Positions 48,125-61,109 of a DNA stretch of 64,000 bases are shown piece by piece. The stretch is from Eledone cirrhosa (Eukaryota), in contig OZ024743.1 of assembly GCA_964016885.1 (NCBI GenBank), positions 128,278,001 to 128,342,000 of the forward strand. The letters run 5' to 3'. Position 1 is the first letter of the stretch. Each line of letters opens with the position of its first letter. The notes beneath the pieces were generated by a model that was not told where the DNA came from, ran no database searches, and worked only from the letters and a program-made list of their open reading frames with translations. The position numbers and the translations under genes were made by a program.

Positions 48125-50571
48125 TATTATTTCAGGCAAGGTGTGTTAGCCTTGATAATGTACTGAAAAACTCAACATGGTCAATTCAACCAACAAGTTT
48201 TTTAAATCCAATTTTCTGTGCTAAAGTAGTGGTTAACCTTACAGGCTCCATGAAAGACTTCATATTGATCGTGAAATATTTTCTGATGCAATGTTTAACA
48301 GCCAGATGCCCTTCCAGGCACCAACACTTTTAATCACCTCTTATGTCATATGGAAATATGGTGCACCTATTTTAAACTGGATACAAACATGGCTGATCCA
48401 TTAGCCAAAAAATGGAATACTTTTCTTGATAAGCTAGCACCTCTAAATGAAACCCATAATGTTGTGGATCATATCTTACAGATAGCAGGTATTGGTTGCT
48501 TAAGTTTCCTGCCAGGATTTTGGTTTATTTCACATGTATTGGTGATTTCTATGAAATCTATGACAGGATGAGTAACACAGATGATAACAGTTATATAGAT
48601 TATGATACTGATGATCCTGGTAAGTTATTTCTGGTATATTAATGTGCTAGAAATTCAGCAGGTTGGATTATTATGATGGGTAATGACTACCATAAGAAGC
48701 CAGAACTTTATTGTTCATTCAGATTTTCCTTGGTGTACAAATGAGAGAATTTGCATTTGTTGCAATGTCATACCATTTGTAAGATTTACATAAATTTATG
48801 GGTATATAGCACTTCTAAGAGTTATTCAATGCTATTTGAGTCATTATGTTTTTCTATTGTTTGACAATTACCCTATAGCGTTTCTCACTATATAGAAATA
48901 TAAAATCATAGCACTAAAAGAGTTAATCGACTGGCTTTATTAGTTTACCTGACTGCTGGGTATTTTTCTTACATCTTCATAACATCAGGACCATAAAATA
49001 TTTATAATGTTCTTGTTTTTATTCATTTATTCATATCTAATTTTCTATCTGTATTGCTGTAGCCTCATAACATGCTCCTTTTTTAAAAATATATATACAT
49101 ATATGCATATAATAATGGCTAGTGATCTCCACATTAGACATTTGTAATTGCTGGGTGTGATCAACTTCTGTTTGCGATACTGTAGATTCACTGAGTGGAG
49201 CCAGTTTAAACCATCCTAGCACATTGAGCCAGTGTTAGAGATACAACAAAAAAATCTGACATAAAATTATGATGGAAGTTTGTAACTGAAATATGAATGC
49301 TTTAAAACATTGAGTGAGGGGCAGTCTCGGGAAGGATAAAATTGAAAGAATTAAAACTTGTCAAAATATAGTTCTTATGTAAACCAGAGATATAACCAAC
49401 AACATAAAGCAGCCAACACTGAAATACATTAGTAAGGTAGTAGCTGTAAAAGTGTAAATCAATGTCCCAAGCAAATTCCAAGGAACCACAGGGTTCCATT
49501 TAAAATTGTAGGGACCCTGCAAGATAATGTATCTTTCAATAAGATTTAATAAAAATTTACTGGGTTGTTTTTATATGAATAAATTTTCTGTCTAAAACTA
49601 TTTTTGTTTCATTTAATGTATTATAAAAAATAGGGTGGTGGGGGTTATCTTTTAAATATATGTATGAGTTCTGTGATTTAAAAAAATATGTGTAATGGTT
49701 CCATGACAAAAGAAGTTGGGAAACAACATGTCTAAATTTAAAGAAATGAAGAAGATATCTACATGCCTTGAACAAAGTTTGGCATGTGGGGGAGGGGGAT
49801 CTAAAAATAATTCTCTAAACAGGTTATATAATGCAGTATTATTTATATATTTGAGAAGCCGAAGTCTGATAAAACAACCCTTAAACCAACATAAAATAGA
49901 TCACATTTGAACAGAGGAGGCAAAAGAGAGTTTGTATAGTATGGTATTACATTTGTGAAAGAGATAGGGGCCAGCATAAACAAATCCTAATCTTTGTGAG
50001 CTCAGATTGTGCAGGAGCTGCTTTTGTTGTTGATAAAACAAACAAAGTAATACACATAGGCCAACTTAATTGAACATGTCACCCCACTATCAAAGTGGGA
50101 GGCTTTATACTGAATAGAAACAAATTAAACACACATTTGAATAGTAAGGGCTACTTATATATATATGTGTGGTGATTTGGTAGGGTTGTTGAGGTGTCAG
50201 ATAAATGTTTCACAATATTTGTTCCAGGTGAGGTCAATTTTGTATTTCATTTTTTTAAAGTCAATAAATAAAATACCAGTGTAGAGCAGTGGATTGGCAG
50301 AGTTATTTGATTGTCAAACATGACACCTTGTGGTATTTGTTCTGGCTCTTTACATTCTGAGTTCAAATATTGCTGTAGCCCATTTTGGATGGTAAGAGTA
50401 ATTGGCTGCCCAGTTTAACACCATCAAGTGGTCCTTGGGTACCCCTAGTAGAGCCCATTCTGTTTGAAGCATTCTGTCTATCTTTCTCACACTCCCTTCC
50501 CCAAACTAATCATAGAGTCCCTAAACAGGCTTCGTAGACACCATCCTTCATTCCCTAACTAAACAGTAAAA

Positions 50572-51010
50572 AAATTCATATTAAGAGAGAGAGAAAGAGT
50601 CATATATCAATTGAGAAACAGAGTATTTTGTATATATTTAATCACCTCTCAACTGATATAAAGGTATTTTGTACAATGTAGACCATATCTAAAAACAATT
50701 CCTCTAATGAGTAGTTCCTTGTCTTTTGTTGGCCTTTTCCAGAATCAATAATCGATTACTTAGATTGATTTCCACTTGTATAACCTTTCTCTTGGAGCTA
50801 TGAAACAGTACTGTCAGGAATATCACGTATTATTCCACCTTATGTATGTATATTTTTTTCTGAATATTATTTGTATTAAATATGTGTACAAAATACTATG
50901 TGTTTCTCAAACAATATATGACTCTTTTGTTGCGCCCTTGTGGCTAATAAAGAAATCAATATATGACTCTTTTTCTCTCTCTCTAAATATATCTTTTGAA
51001 TTTGAATTAT
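50572..51010 (+). mobile_element. PLE terminal remnant with inverted duplication
   Basis: 50572-50642 is inverted relative to ~50875-51009 and encloses an HHR. Confidence 0.55.
50698..50821 (+). ncRNA. Type I hammerhead with 91-nt helix II domain, core G5>A
   Basis: ATTCCT CTaATGA GTAGTTCC[...]GGAGCTAT GAAAC-AGTACT-GTC AGGAAT. Confidence 0.65.
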
Positions 51011-51106
51011 TGATGCTCTGAACCAAGGTCCATTGAGCTTATTTAAAGAGAAACAGGGTTATCATACATATTAAATATGTTTTGGTATCTTAACATTAAA
51101 TATATA

Positions 51107-51577
51107 TCATCATCATCATCGTTTAACGTCCATCTTCCACGCTTGCATGGGTTTGGACGGGAGTTTTCCCACTTGAGGCAAGATTGGTTGTCCTGCTCGT
51201 ATAGGACTGTCTGGCAGGTTTTCTACGGCTGGATGCCCTTCCTAACACCAACCACGTTTACAGTGTGGACTGGGAGGTTTTTACCGTGCTACCTACACGG
51301 CCACATTACAGCGTGGACTGTGTTTTTTTTGTTGTGACACCTACACGACCTCATTTGTTTCAGACTGGATGTTGTGGTACCAACAAAACTTCACATTTAA
51401 GGGGGTGGTGTGGATGGGGTGGAGGTAGTGCGACAGGGGTGTATTTTTGTTAGAGGTGCCTGCTGACTGTAGGTTCCGCTTTGTACTTAGGCAAGGCGGG
51501 TCTTCTGTATTACTGTGTAGCGCCAAAGATCTCGGTCCAGTGACATTGTCTTGGAGAGGTGTAAGTGTGTGAGGTTG

Positions 51578-51579
<2 letters not shown>
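51107..51579 (-). mobile_element. RTE LINE 3' end (same family as 61110-64000)
   Basis: LTHLHLSKTMSLDRDLWRY matches 63598-63655; 3' UTR and (GAT)n tail. Confidence 0.88.
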
Positions 51580-51629
<50 letters not shown>

Positions 51630-51694
51630 TGGTGGCAATAACTGGATCCTGAAACCAATGGTCGCACATACAAGTTATGTGTATGAAATATTAT

Positions 51695-52000
51695 TGTTAA
51701 CTTTGCCTTTCATCCTAATGGGGGTTGATAAAATAAAGTACCAGTAATACACTGGGATAATTGCTGGCCTTGTGCCTATTGTAGAAACAATTATTATATA
51801 TATATATATATATATATTGTTTCTACATTTTGGCACAAGGCCAGCAATTGCCCAGTACATTACTGGTACTTTATTTTATCGACCCCCGTAAGGATGAAAG
51901 GTAAAGTTAACCTCAGCGTGATTTGAACACAGACCATAAAGGGGCGTAACTATGCGTCAAAGCATGGCGTCCGACCCTCTACCGATACTGCCAATCCACA
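51695..52000. mobile_element. Two SINE family A copies tail to tail around a TA tract
   Basis: Plus-strand partial at 51695-51792 and minus-strand full copy at 51817-52000. Confidence 0.82.
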
Positions 52001-52009
52001 TATATATTG

Positions 52010-52049
<40 letters not shown>

Positions 52050-52390
52050 ACTTCTTTCCTTTACAGTCAGGTGTGCACCAGTTGATTCAATCAATGGTAC
52101 TGCTTGCTTGTGAAATTAATGTATAACTGGTTAAACATTCCATAGACACTTGCATCCTAAACATAGTTCTCAGGAAGAATCAGTTTGACGCAATATGTGA
52201 GAAAGCTGGTCTCTTGAATTACAGGTACCACTCATTTTGCCAACTGAGTGGACTGAAGCAATGGGAAATAAAGTGTCTTGCTCATCGATACAAATCACCA
52301 CCTGATCAAGGAATTGAACTCACAACCTTACAATCATGAACCCAACACCCTAACCATTATGTCACACACACACACACATATATATATATT

Positions 52391-52885
52391 ATCATCATCG
52401 CCCTTTAATGTCCATTTCCCATGCTAGCATGGGTTAGACAAGCTGTCCTGTTGTGAGACTAACCAGGTCGGAGGACCGTGTTGCACTCACACTGAACTGA
52501 TTTTGGCTTGGTTTTTATGGCTGAATGCCCATCCTAATGCCAATCACATTTACAGTATGTACTCGGTGTTTTTTGTCGTGACACCTACATGACACCTTTA
52601 CAGTGTGGGCTGGGCATGTTTTGTAATGTCACCAACAGGATCACTTTACAGTATGGGCTGGGCGCTGTTTGTTGTGACACTTACATAACTGGACTGGGCA
52701 CTTTTACCGTGGCACCAAAACGGCCACTTTGCAGCATGGACTGGGGACTTAAGTGGAGGAGGTGCATGGGGATTGGGGAGGTAGATCTATGGGCATGGGT
52801 AAGGGGTGGGGCGTTAGGGCATGTGTGGGTGTATAGAAGTGTGTGGGGAGGTTAGGCAAGAGGTGTATGGTAGGGCAGGTCTTCT
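52391..52885 (-). mobile_element. RTE-derived 3' UTR fragment
   Basis: (GAT)n tail, ccatgctagcatggg and ~40-bp 'cactttacagtgtgggctggg' repeats. Confidence 0.7.
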
Positions 52886-52934
<49 letters not shown>

Positions 52935-53109
52935 CACAGACACACATATATGTATGTCTGTGTGCGTGCGTGCACAGACACACATATATGTATGTCATGT
53001 ATATACTCATGCATAAGTCATGCCATTTCCCATAAGAATGTAACCTGAAAAATCAACAGGTAACATATCTGTTGCAGCCCCAAAACACCAATTAAAAAAA
53101 AATATTACG

Positions 53110-53405
53110 TCAATACTAAGTGTGTCAATCGGTCACACACCACAAGGGGTGACATGCCTCCCTCAAATACTTTTTGAGGCAATCCAACACACTGACAGCA
53201 TTACCGGGTATGATAGCAAGCCTAAGGCAATGGACAACCAAGCAACTTCACGGGCATCACCAGATGTAAGGCAAGCTGCTAATGATGACAAGAACTTTGT
53301 TGACAACAGCCCAGCTCCTCCAAATGTCCCGAATGCCAGAGGCTAGATAAAATGGCTTTTCGATAGTTCCCAGTATTTTAACATTTTTATTCCATTTGGA
53401 TATGG
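53110..53405 (-). mobile_element. CRE-like non-LTR retrotransposon, restriction-like endonuclease C-terminal remnant
   Basis: Minus strand: KMLKYWELSKSHFI*PLAFGTFGGAG..FLSSLAACL..GDAREVAWL, then AIIPGNAVSV after a frameshift. Confidence 0.65.
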
Positions 53406-53781
53406 AAGCAGTGACCCTCAAAATTCAAACTATATGGCAAATTGTAAATGATTTTTCTAAAAGTATCTATTAGTAAGCAATTTATAAACATGTATATATA
53501 TGGGATATATTAGCATCTCTGCTGAGAAAACTGAAAGTATAAGCGTGCTTGTTATGTATAATGTGTGAATGTAAGTGTGTCACACTTCTTAAGAAACAGC
53601 ACACATACACCAAACAACTAACACCATCTAGTGGCTGTCGTCAGCTACAGACACTGATCTTCAGAGAAGAAAAAATAAACCACCCACCCATTCACCTACC
53701 ACCAACACCACTTCCGCCATCCCCTAAGCTCTCCAAATTCTGTCCTCACCACCACAACTGCCACCACCACCACCACCACTA

Positions 53782-53812
<31 letters not shown>

Positions 53813-54017
53813 CTGACACTGTCCCTATAAATACTATTTGTACACCACTGCTGCCCATACCCCCACCACCAGTGCCACTTCCATAACTACTGCCACCACC
53901 AGTACCACCACCTTATGACCACTATCACCACCATTCATACTACCTCCACCAACAGAGAGGCAAATCTCTACAACACCAGTATGTTTTCTTCTATTCTATG
54001 ATCTTCTTGTAAAACAA

Positions 54018-54067
<50 letters not shown>

Positions 54068-54081
54068 CAGCAGCAGTAGTG

Positions 54082-54133
<52 letters not shown>

Positions 54134-54177
54134 TAGTAGTAGTAGTAGTGGTAGTAGTAGTGGTAGTAGTAGTAGTG

Positions 54178-54240
<63 letters not shown>
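54018..54240. repeat. (GTA)n microsatellite; complementary (CAC/TAC)n tract at 53745-53950
   Basis: Directly visible. Confidence 0.95.
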
Positions 54241-54564
54241 ATTGAAGCAAGGCAGTGATGGCAGCAATGGTGGAGATGGTGGCAATTGCAGTGATGATGA
54301 TGATGTTGGTACAAGCAGTGGTGGTGATCACAATTTTAGTGGTGGTAGTGGGAGTGGTAGTAGTAGGGGTATAAGTGGTAGTAGCAGTAATGGTGATGGT
54401 GGTGTGTTAGCCTGCCACTGCCATTCATTAGACAGTAAGAAATAGAAGGAATGGTGGTAGGAAGTTCTATGAAAGGGGTAGTGAGAGGATGCTGTAACAG
54501 AACAAAATATAGGTTGATGACATTTTATATAAATATCTCAGTAAAATGTTAGATAGATTTTACC

Positions 54565-54565
54565 T

Positions 54566-54612
<47 letters not shown>

Positions 54613-54656
54613 TATATATATATATATATATACACATATATATACTATATATATAT

Positions 54657-54687
<31 letters not shown>

Positions 54688-55532
54688 TATACTATATATA
54701 TATATATACACAGTGGAACACGGACGTTAAACAATGATGATGATGAACACACACATATATACTATATATATATATACACATATATATATACATACATATA
54801 TATACTATATATATATATATATATACACATATATATACACATATATATATACTATATATATATATATATATACACATATATATACACACATATATATACT
54901 ATATATATACACACATATATATACTATATATATATATACACATATATATACTATATATATATATATATATAGACATATATATACTATATATATATATATA
55001 CACATATATATACTATAGATATATATATATACACATATATATACTATATATATATATATACACATATATATACTATATATATATATACACATATATATAC
55101 TATATATATACACATATATATACTATATATATATATACACATATATATACTATATATATACACATATATATACTATATATATATATACACATATATATAC
55201 TATATATATATACACATATATATACTATATATATATACACACATATATATACTATATATATATACACACATATATATACTATATATATATATATACACAT
55301 ATATACTATATATATATATACACATATATATATATATATACACATATATACTATATATATATATATATACACATATATATACTATATATATATATATACA
55401 CACACATATATATACTATATATACATATATATATATACACATATATATACTATATATATATATATATATATACACATATATATACTATATATATATATAC
55501 ACATATATATACTATATATATATATACACATA
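54565..55532. repeat. Higher-order TA satellite, unit ~(TA)n-CACA-(TA)n-C
   Basis: About 1 kb of ~22-28-bp variable units. Confidence 0.92.
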
Positions 55533-56605
55533 TCATCATCACCGTTTTACGTCCATGCTTCCACGCTAGCATGGGTTAGACGGGTTGTCCTGTTGTGGGC
55601 AGTGTCCGGTCGGCTGACCTTGTCTTGCTCAATTATTGATTTCTACAGCTGGATGCCCTTCCTAACACCAACCTCATTTATAATGAGTGATGGGTGCTTT
55701 TTTTCCCATGGCGCCTATACGTCCACTTTGCAGTGGGAGGGGGTTGGGGCATACTGTCTATATGATTCAGCTTCGGCTTGTACCCATGGGAAGTCAGGTC
55801 TTCTGTATTACTGCGTGATGCCAGAGGTTACAGTCGTGTGTCATCGCTTTTGAGAGGTGCAATTGGGAAGGGTCGGCTTTTATCACCTCATCCCAGGTCA
55901 TCGACTTCTAGTGCTCTGCACTTTTTTATGCAGTTGTCATCCTTCATACGCATCACATGTCCATACGAACACAACCTCCTCTCCTGCACACAGCATTTGA
56001 TTCCTCTTATGCTCAGTCTCTCTCTCAATTCGTTTATGCTCTGCCGTTCGCGTATATTACTATTACACATCCATCGGAGCATGCAGGCTTCGTTTCTTTC
56101 TAATCTACGCAAGTCTTCTACAGACAGCACCCAGGTCTCACTATCATGTAACATTGCTGTTCGTATACACGCATCATACAGTCTGCCTTTCATTTCGAGG
56201 GAAAAGCCTTTTGCAGTTAGCAGTGGCAGTAGCTCCCTGAACTTCTTCCATCCCGTTCTTACCCTAGTTATTGTACTTTCCGAACACCCGCCTCCGCTGC
56301 TAATTCGGTCACCTAGGTAGCAGAAACTGTCTACTGTTTCGACAGAGCCCTCCCACAGTTTGATGGTGCTTGTTTCCTTTGGCCGTTTTCTGCTTGCTGT
56401 TCAAGCACAGCTGCTACATGTGAAGCCTACATTCTTAGTTAAGCTTCCTGAGATCCCACTACATCTCTTGTGTACCCATTGTTTGCATTTGGGGCAGAGG
56501 ATGTAGTTCCTACCTACACCTTTCCTACATACTGAGCAAGGCCATTTCCCTGAGGATCTGGGTTCTGTTTTCTCGTCTACTTACGGGGACCTTAGTCTTT
56601 GTCAG
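55532..56605 (-). mobile_element. RTE LINE second family, 3' part
   Basis: Reverse complement of ~33085-34250; ORF 55888-56193. Confidence 0.9.
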
Positions 56606-56630
56606 GTATGTGTACTATATATATATATAT

Positions 56631-56950
56631 AGGCACATGGCTTAGTGGTTAGAGCATTGGCCTTGCAATCAAAAGGTTGTGAGTTCAATTCTCAGACCGG
56701 GTGACGTGTTGTTTCCTTGAGCAAGACACTTTATTTCACATTGCTCCAGTTTACTCAGCTGTAGAAATGAGATGATAGGGACTGGGCTCCCTATCATTCC
56801 ACTGCAAAGTGGTCATGGAGGTGCCACGGCAAAAAAGCGCCCAGCACTCACTGTAAATGAGGTTGGTGTTAGGAAGGGCATCCAGCTGTAGAAATCAAGC
56901 CACAATCAGTTCCCGTCCCACCCTTGCAAGCAGGGAAAAGCGGACGTAAA

Positions 56951-56984
<34 letters not shown>
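56631..56984 (+). mobile_element. SINE family B, full length
   Basis: tRNA head, central domain, RTE tail and (GAT)n. Confidence 0.9.
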
Positions 56985-56985
<1 letters not shown>

Positions 56986-57011
56986 ATCTATATATAGTAT
57001 ATATATGTGTG

Positions 57012-57051
<40 letters not shown>

Positions 57052-57200
57052 CATGTGTGTGTGTATGTAAATGTGAACATGATACTATGTGGCTTAGTGG
57101 TTTAAGGTGTTTGGCTCACAATTGTAAGGCTGTGAGTTCAATTCTTGGCAGTGTGCTGTAGCATGAGAAAAATACATTCCACCACTCAGCTTGAAAATGA

Positions 57201-57744
57201 CTGTATATACTCGTATATAAGGTGAGAAATATGTGACCAAAAAAGCATAGTAAAATAGGGATGGGAGGGCATTGACTTATATTCAAGATCATCAATATTT
57301 TGATGATTTTCACCAACTTCAAAGTTTTACATAAATGCGGGGCTAAAATATTTTCGTTTTGGAGATAAATATTACACTGGTTTCACTTTGGAGGTAAATA
57401 TTACACCAGTTTAACTTTGGAAATGAATATTACACCACTTTCAATTTCGTTGTGAAATTCACATTTTTTATTGTTTTTTATGTTTTGAATGAATATGACC
57501 TTCAAAACGGCCGGAAATTGGTAAAATTATCATTACGTAATGGAGTTGTGAAACAAAAACTATACACCATATGACACTTAAAACATTAAATATCAAAATA
57601 TTAAAACTCCATAAATATGTTCTCCCCTTATGAGAATTTCAAAACTACACCATCTAAGTATATTGCGTTGACTAATTGGATTTGAATTTTTGCATATTTC
57701 TCATATATAAAATAGACTGTCAGCTTATATTTGAGTATATATGG
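57201..57744. mobile_element. pogo/Tigger-like MITE
   Basis: TIRs ctgtatatactcgtatataag / cttatatttgagtatatatgg|ta; three 29-bp internal repeats at 57361-57447. Confidence 0.65.
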
Positions 57745-57974
57745 TAGTTGTTCTTGTGATTCAAACGGCCAATCTTGCCACACTGATTCATGTTGAATCT
57801 TCCCATTAAGGGTACATCTGCTTGTGCAATGCTAAGCCTTATAACTTCATGAGTAGGCTCTTCGGTTGATCAAACATCTGGAACACTCATCAGAACTGAC
57901 AGAGGTCCAGTGAAATATGTGGGTTTATAAATATATCTGTACGTATGTGGATCTTTATTAGTAAATAACAACAG

Positions 57975-58330
57975 TTGATCCACTAAGAGTGGAAACTTCT
58001 GGTGCCCTTGGCCCTAGGGCCACCTCCCTACTCAGCACCATAGGCGCTGAGCTGTCTAGCCGCAGGTGTGAACTTCGTGAGATGGAATGGCTCTTCCAGC
58101 GCATCTCCCTCATCATCCTTCAGGGAACGTCTTTTCTATTCTGTCCACTGGGACCATGGAGCGGCCAGCATGTGGGACCTAATATGCTCATAATAGTGAA
58201 AGATGGGGAGGGTGAGAGAGATTGAGGTGATAACAGTGGAAGTTTGGCTCCTCTGTGTTTGAACCTGGTGTACATGTGTGTGTATTTTTACACTATCAAA
58301 CCATATAAATATAGTATTAAATAAAGAGTT
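57975..58330 (+). mobile_element. CRE-like retrotransposon 3' end (restriction-like endonuclease)
   Basis: PLRVETSGALGPRATSLLSTIG..L..RRCELREMEWLFQRISLIILQG; ends near AATAAA. Confidence 0.7.
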
Positions 58331-58554
58331 ACATGACAACTGCTTTTTGCTAGATTTGTTTGGGAAATGGTAAATTCATAACTTCCTCTCTACCCCTGTC
58401 TCTCAAAAGAGTGTTGATAAGATGGTCAGTAGCTCAACAGGCAGCTATCTACTTACATATCTATCTTTGGACAATAAATGTAACATATATATCTATGTAT
58501 CTAACTAACTGTCTACTTACCTATCTGCCTATCTTTCTATCTATCTATATATTA

Positions 58555-58860
58555 TGAAAGGTGGGTGAAAGTGGCGAGAATGGCCCGAGTGAATGGGCCT
58601 TCTCTCTATATCAGCCTGTAGGTTGAGGAAAAGGAGGAGGAGAGGAAAGGAGTACAAACTCTTCGTACTCCTGGAGATGAGGGTTGCACATTTTTTCGGG
58701 GGTATGCGTTACCCATATAAACTGTCTCCCCCTATTGTGGAAAATCGACTAACCTTTTAAATTGCATTTGTGATAACATTTTACATGTTTTTATTGTATG
58801 TAAACTTCCCCCTTTGTATTTGTCCCCTTCTTTTGTGCCCCTGTGGCTAATAAAGAAACA
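58555..58860 (+). mobile_element. Tx1/L1-like LINE 3' end within a (TATC)n tract
   Basis: RWVKVARMARVNGPSL C-terminal remnant; 3' UTR ends gtgcccctgtggctaataaagaaa. Further tail copies at 59338-59434 (-) and 50929-50956. Confidence 0.5.
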
Positions 58861-59101
58861 TATCTATCTATATATCTGTCTATCCATCTGTTTAGCTTTG
58901 TGTTTGTCTATTTATCTATCTATATCTTTACACAACTGTCTATCTATTTACTTACATATATATTTATCCATCTACCTACCTACCTATCTACTCAATTATT
59001 TTTTCATTTGCCTGTCTATGTATCTATCTGGCTGTCAATCTATAGTTATCTAATTATGTATATTTATCAATGTATCTATCTTCAAACCAGAACAACAATA
59101 A

Positions 59102-59287
59102 CTGTTTCTACTTTAGGCACAAGGCCAGCAATTACCCAGTGCATTACTGGTACTTTATTTTATCGACCCCGTAAGGATGAAAGGCAAAGTCAATCTCGGC
59201 GGGATTTGAACTCAGATCGTAAAGGGACGTAACTATGCTGGAAAGCATGGCGTCCGACCCTCTACCGATACTGCCAATCCACCGCCC
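59102..59287 (-). mobile_element. SINE family A
   Basis: Homology; direct repeat caacaataac on both sides. Confidence 0.88.
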
Positions 59288-59764
59288 AACAATAACAACG
59301 ATAAATCACAAATCCCAGTAGCATTAGAAAGATAGATATGTTTCTTTATTAGCCACAGGGGCACAAAAGAAGGGGACAAATACAAAGGGGGAAGTTTGCA
59401 TACAATAAAAGCGTGTAAAATGCTATCACAAATGTAGCATTAGAAAGATAGATAGACAGATAGATATAGAAAGACAGACACCAGGCAGACAGAAAGGTAA
59501 ATACATACGTAGAACAAAAGTTTCATAATTTAGTAGATATATGTTTGATGAGGATTAAAGAGACTATAGAAGAAAATTATTGTAATTGATTTAAATGAAT
59601 GTAAAATGAAATTTGGGGTTGGCTGGAAAGACAAGAGGAAGGTCAACAAAAAGTGAGAATTCAAATGTCTTTACATATACTGTTGTAATCAAGGAATTAT
59701 TAAATTGAATATTTTTTACTATAAGCTCAGTCATTTTTTACATGTAATACGCCAGTATATACAA

Positions 59765-60280
59765 TCATCATTATCATCTTCATCACCATTTAACACCCAT
59801 TTTCCATGCTAGCATCGCTTAGTTCAGTTGTCCCATTGTGAGAAAAGTCAGATCAGACGACTGTGTCTTACTCATACAGAACTGCTTCTGGCTTGGTTGC
59901 TATGGCTGGATGCCCTTCCTAATACCAACCATAGGTTGGACTGGCTATTTTATTATGTCACTATCACAACCACTTTACAACATGGATTGGGCATTTATTT
60001 TTATGTCATGTTGCCAACATGACCACTCTACAGGGTGGATGTGGTGCTTTTTGTCGTGTCACCATCATGACTGCCTTAAAAGATAGGCTGGATACTCTTT
60101 GTTGTGTCACCAACCCTACCACTCCACAGGGTGGACCAGGTGCTTTCTGTTGTGCCATTAACACAACCCATTTACAGTGTGGACTGGGTGCATCATATCA
60201 TGTCCTCAACATCACCACCTTATAGAGTGAACTGGGTGCTTATTTGTCATGTCACCAACATGACCACCTTGCAGTGGTAT
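59765..60280 (-). mobile_element. RTE-derived non-autonomous element with ~40-bp tandem subrepeats
   Basis: catgctagcat tail, ggatgcccttcctaataccaacc and repeated 'tgtcacc..catgaccactttacag'. Confidence 0.6.
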
Positions 60281-60289
60281 CAGGTCAGA

Positions 60290-61105
60290 TCATTGTACCA
60301 ACTGGCCTTTGGCCACTCTGTCACTCTAATAGTTCACCTGTTGTCTGTAACGAGAGACGTGGCCAGCCCACCTATGTTTGCTCTTCTTGATAGTTCGATT
60401 ATGTCCTTCATGCCCATCTGTTGTCAAATCCAGATGTTTCTCTTCCTTTCGTGTAAGTGATGCCAAGCATGATCTGCTCTGCTTTACATTGGACCACAAC
60501 AAGAGTCTCTGCAGTGGTTGTGTTGAGTGCCCATGTCTCACTACCATATGGCATCACCAGCAGAACATATTCGTTAAACAGCTTTCTTTTGGTTTTAATT
60601 GTTGACTAGGTACTTCTAATAATTGTTTCTACTTTTGGCACAAGGCCAGCAACTATCCCAGTGCATTACTGGTACTTTATTTTATCGACCCCGTAAAGAT
60701 GAAAGGCCTAGTTAACCTTGGCGCGATTTGAACTGAGACTGTAAAGGGACGTAACTCTATGCTGGAAAGCATGGCGTCCGGCCCTCTACCAATACTGCCA
60801 ATCCACTGTCTAATAATGTTTAAACTTTTCCAAAAGCTGCCCAGCCAAGCACAATTCTTCTTTTGATCCCTGGAAATTGGGCACCATCTCTTGCAACCTT
60901 CTTTCTTAGGTATACATAACTCTCTACTTCCTCAATGGTCTTTCCATCCACAATAATTGGTGATGGTTTGGCGTGGCTGTTAAACATGACCTTGGTTTTC
61001 CCAAGAGCGATGTTAAGACCTACTGGTTGGTTCACAGTGTGGATAGCATTGAGCATCTCCTCCAGTTCTTGTGGCGTATGGGCTATTAGGATGATGTCGT
61101 CATAC
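60290..61105 (-). mobile_element. Divergent RTE LINE fragment interrupted by a SINE
   Basis: DDIILIA..ELEEML..GLNI..GKTKVM..IEEVESYVYL..IKRRIVLGWAAFGK; KHRWAGHV. Confidence 0.8.
60622..60809 (-). mobile_element. SINE family A
   Basis: Homology; direct repeat tctaataat. Confidence 0.85.
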
Positions 61106-61109
61106 ATAC

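Noticed and set aside
48430-49210. Apparent peptide similarity KLAPL.E...VDH between the 48350 (+) and 49037 (-) ORFs
   Set aside because: Short, with weak nucleotide similarity; consistent with chance.
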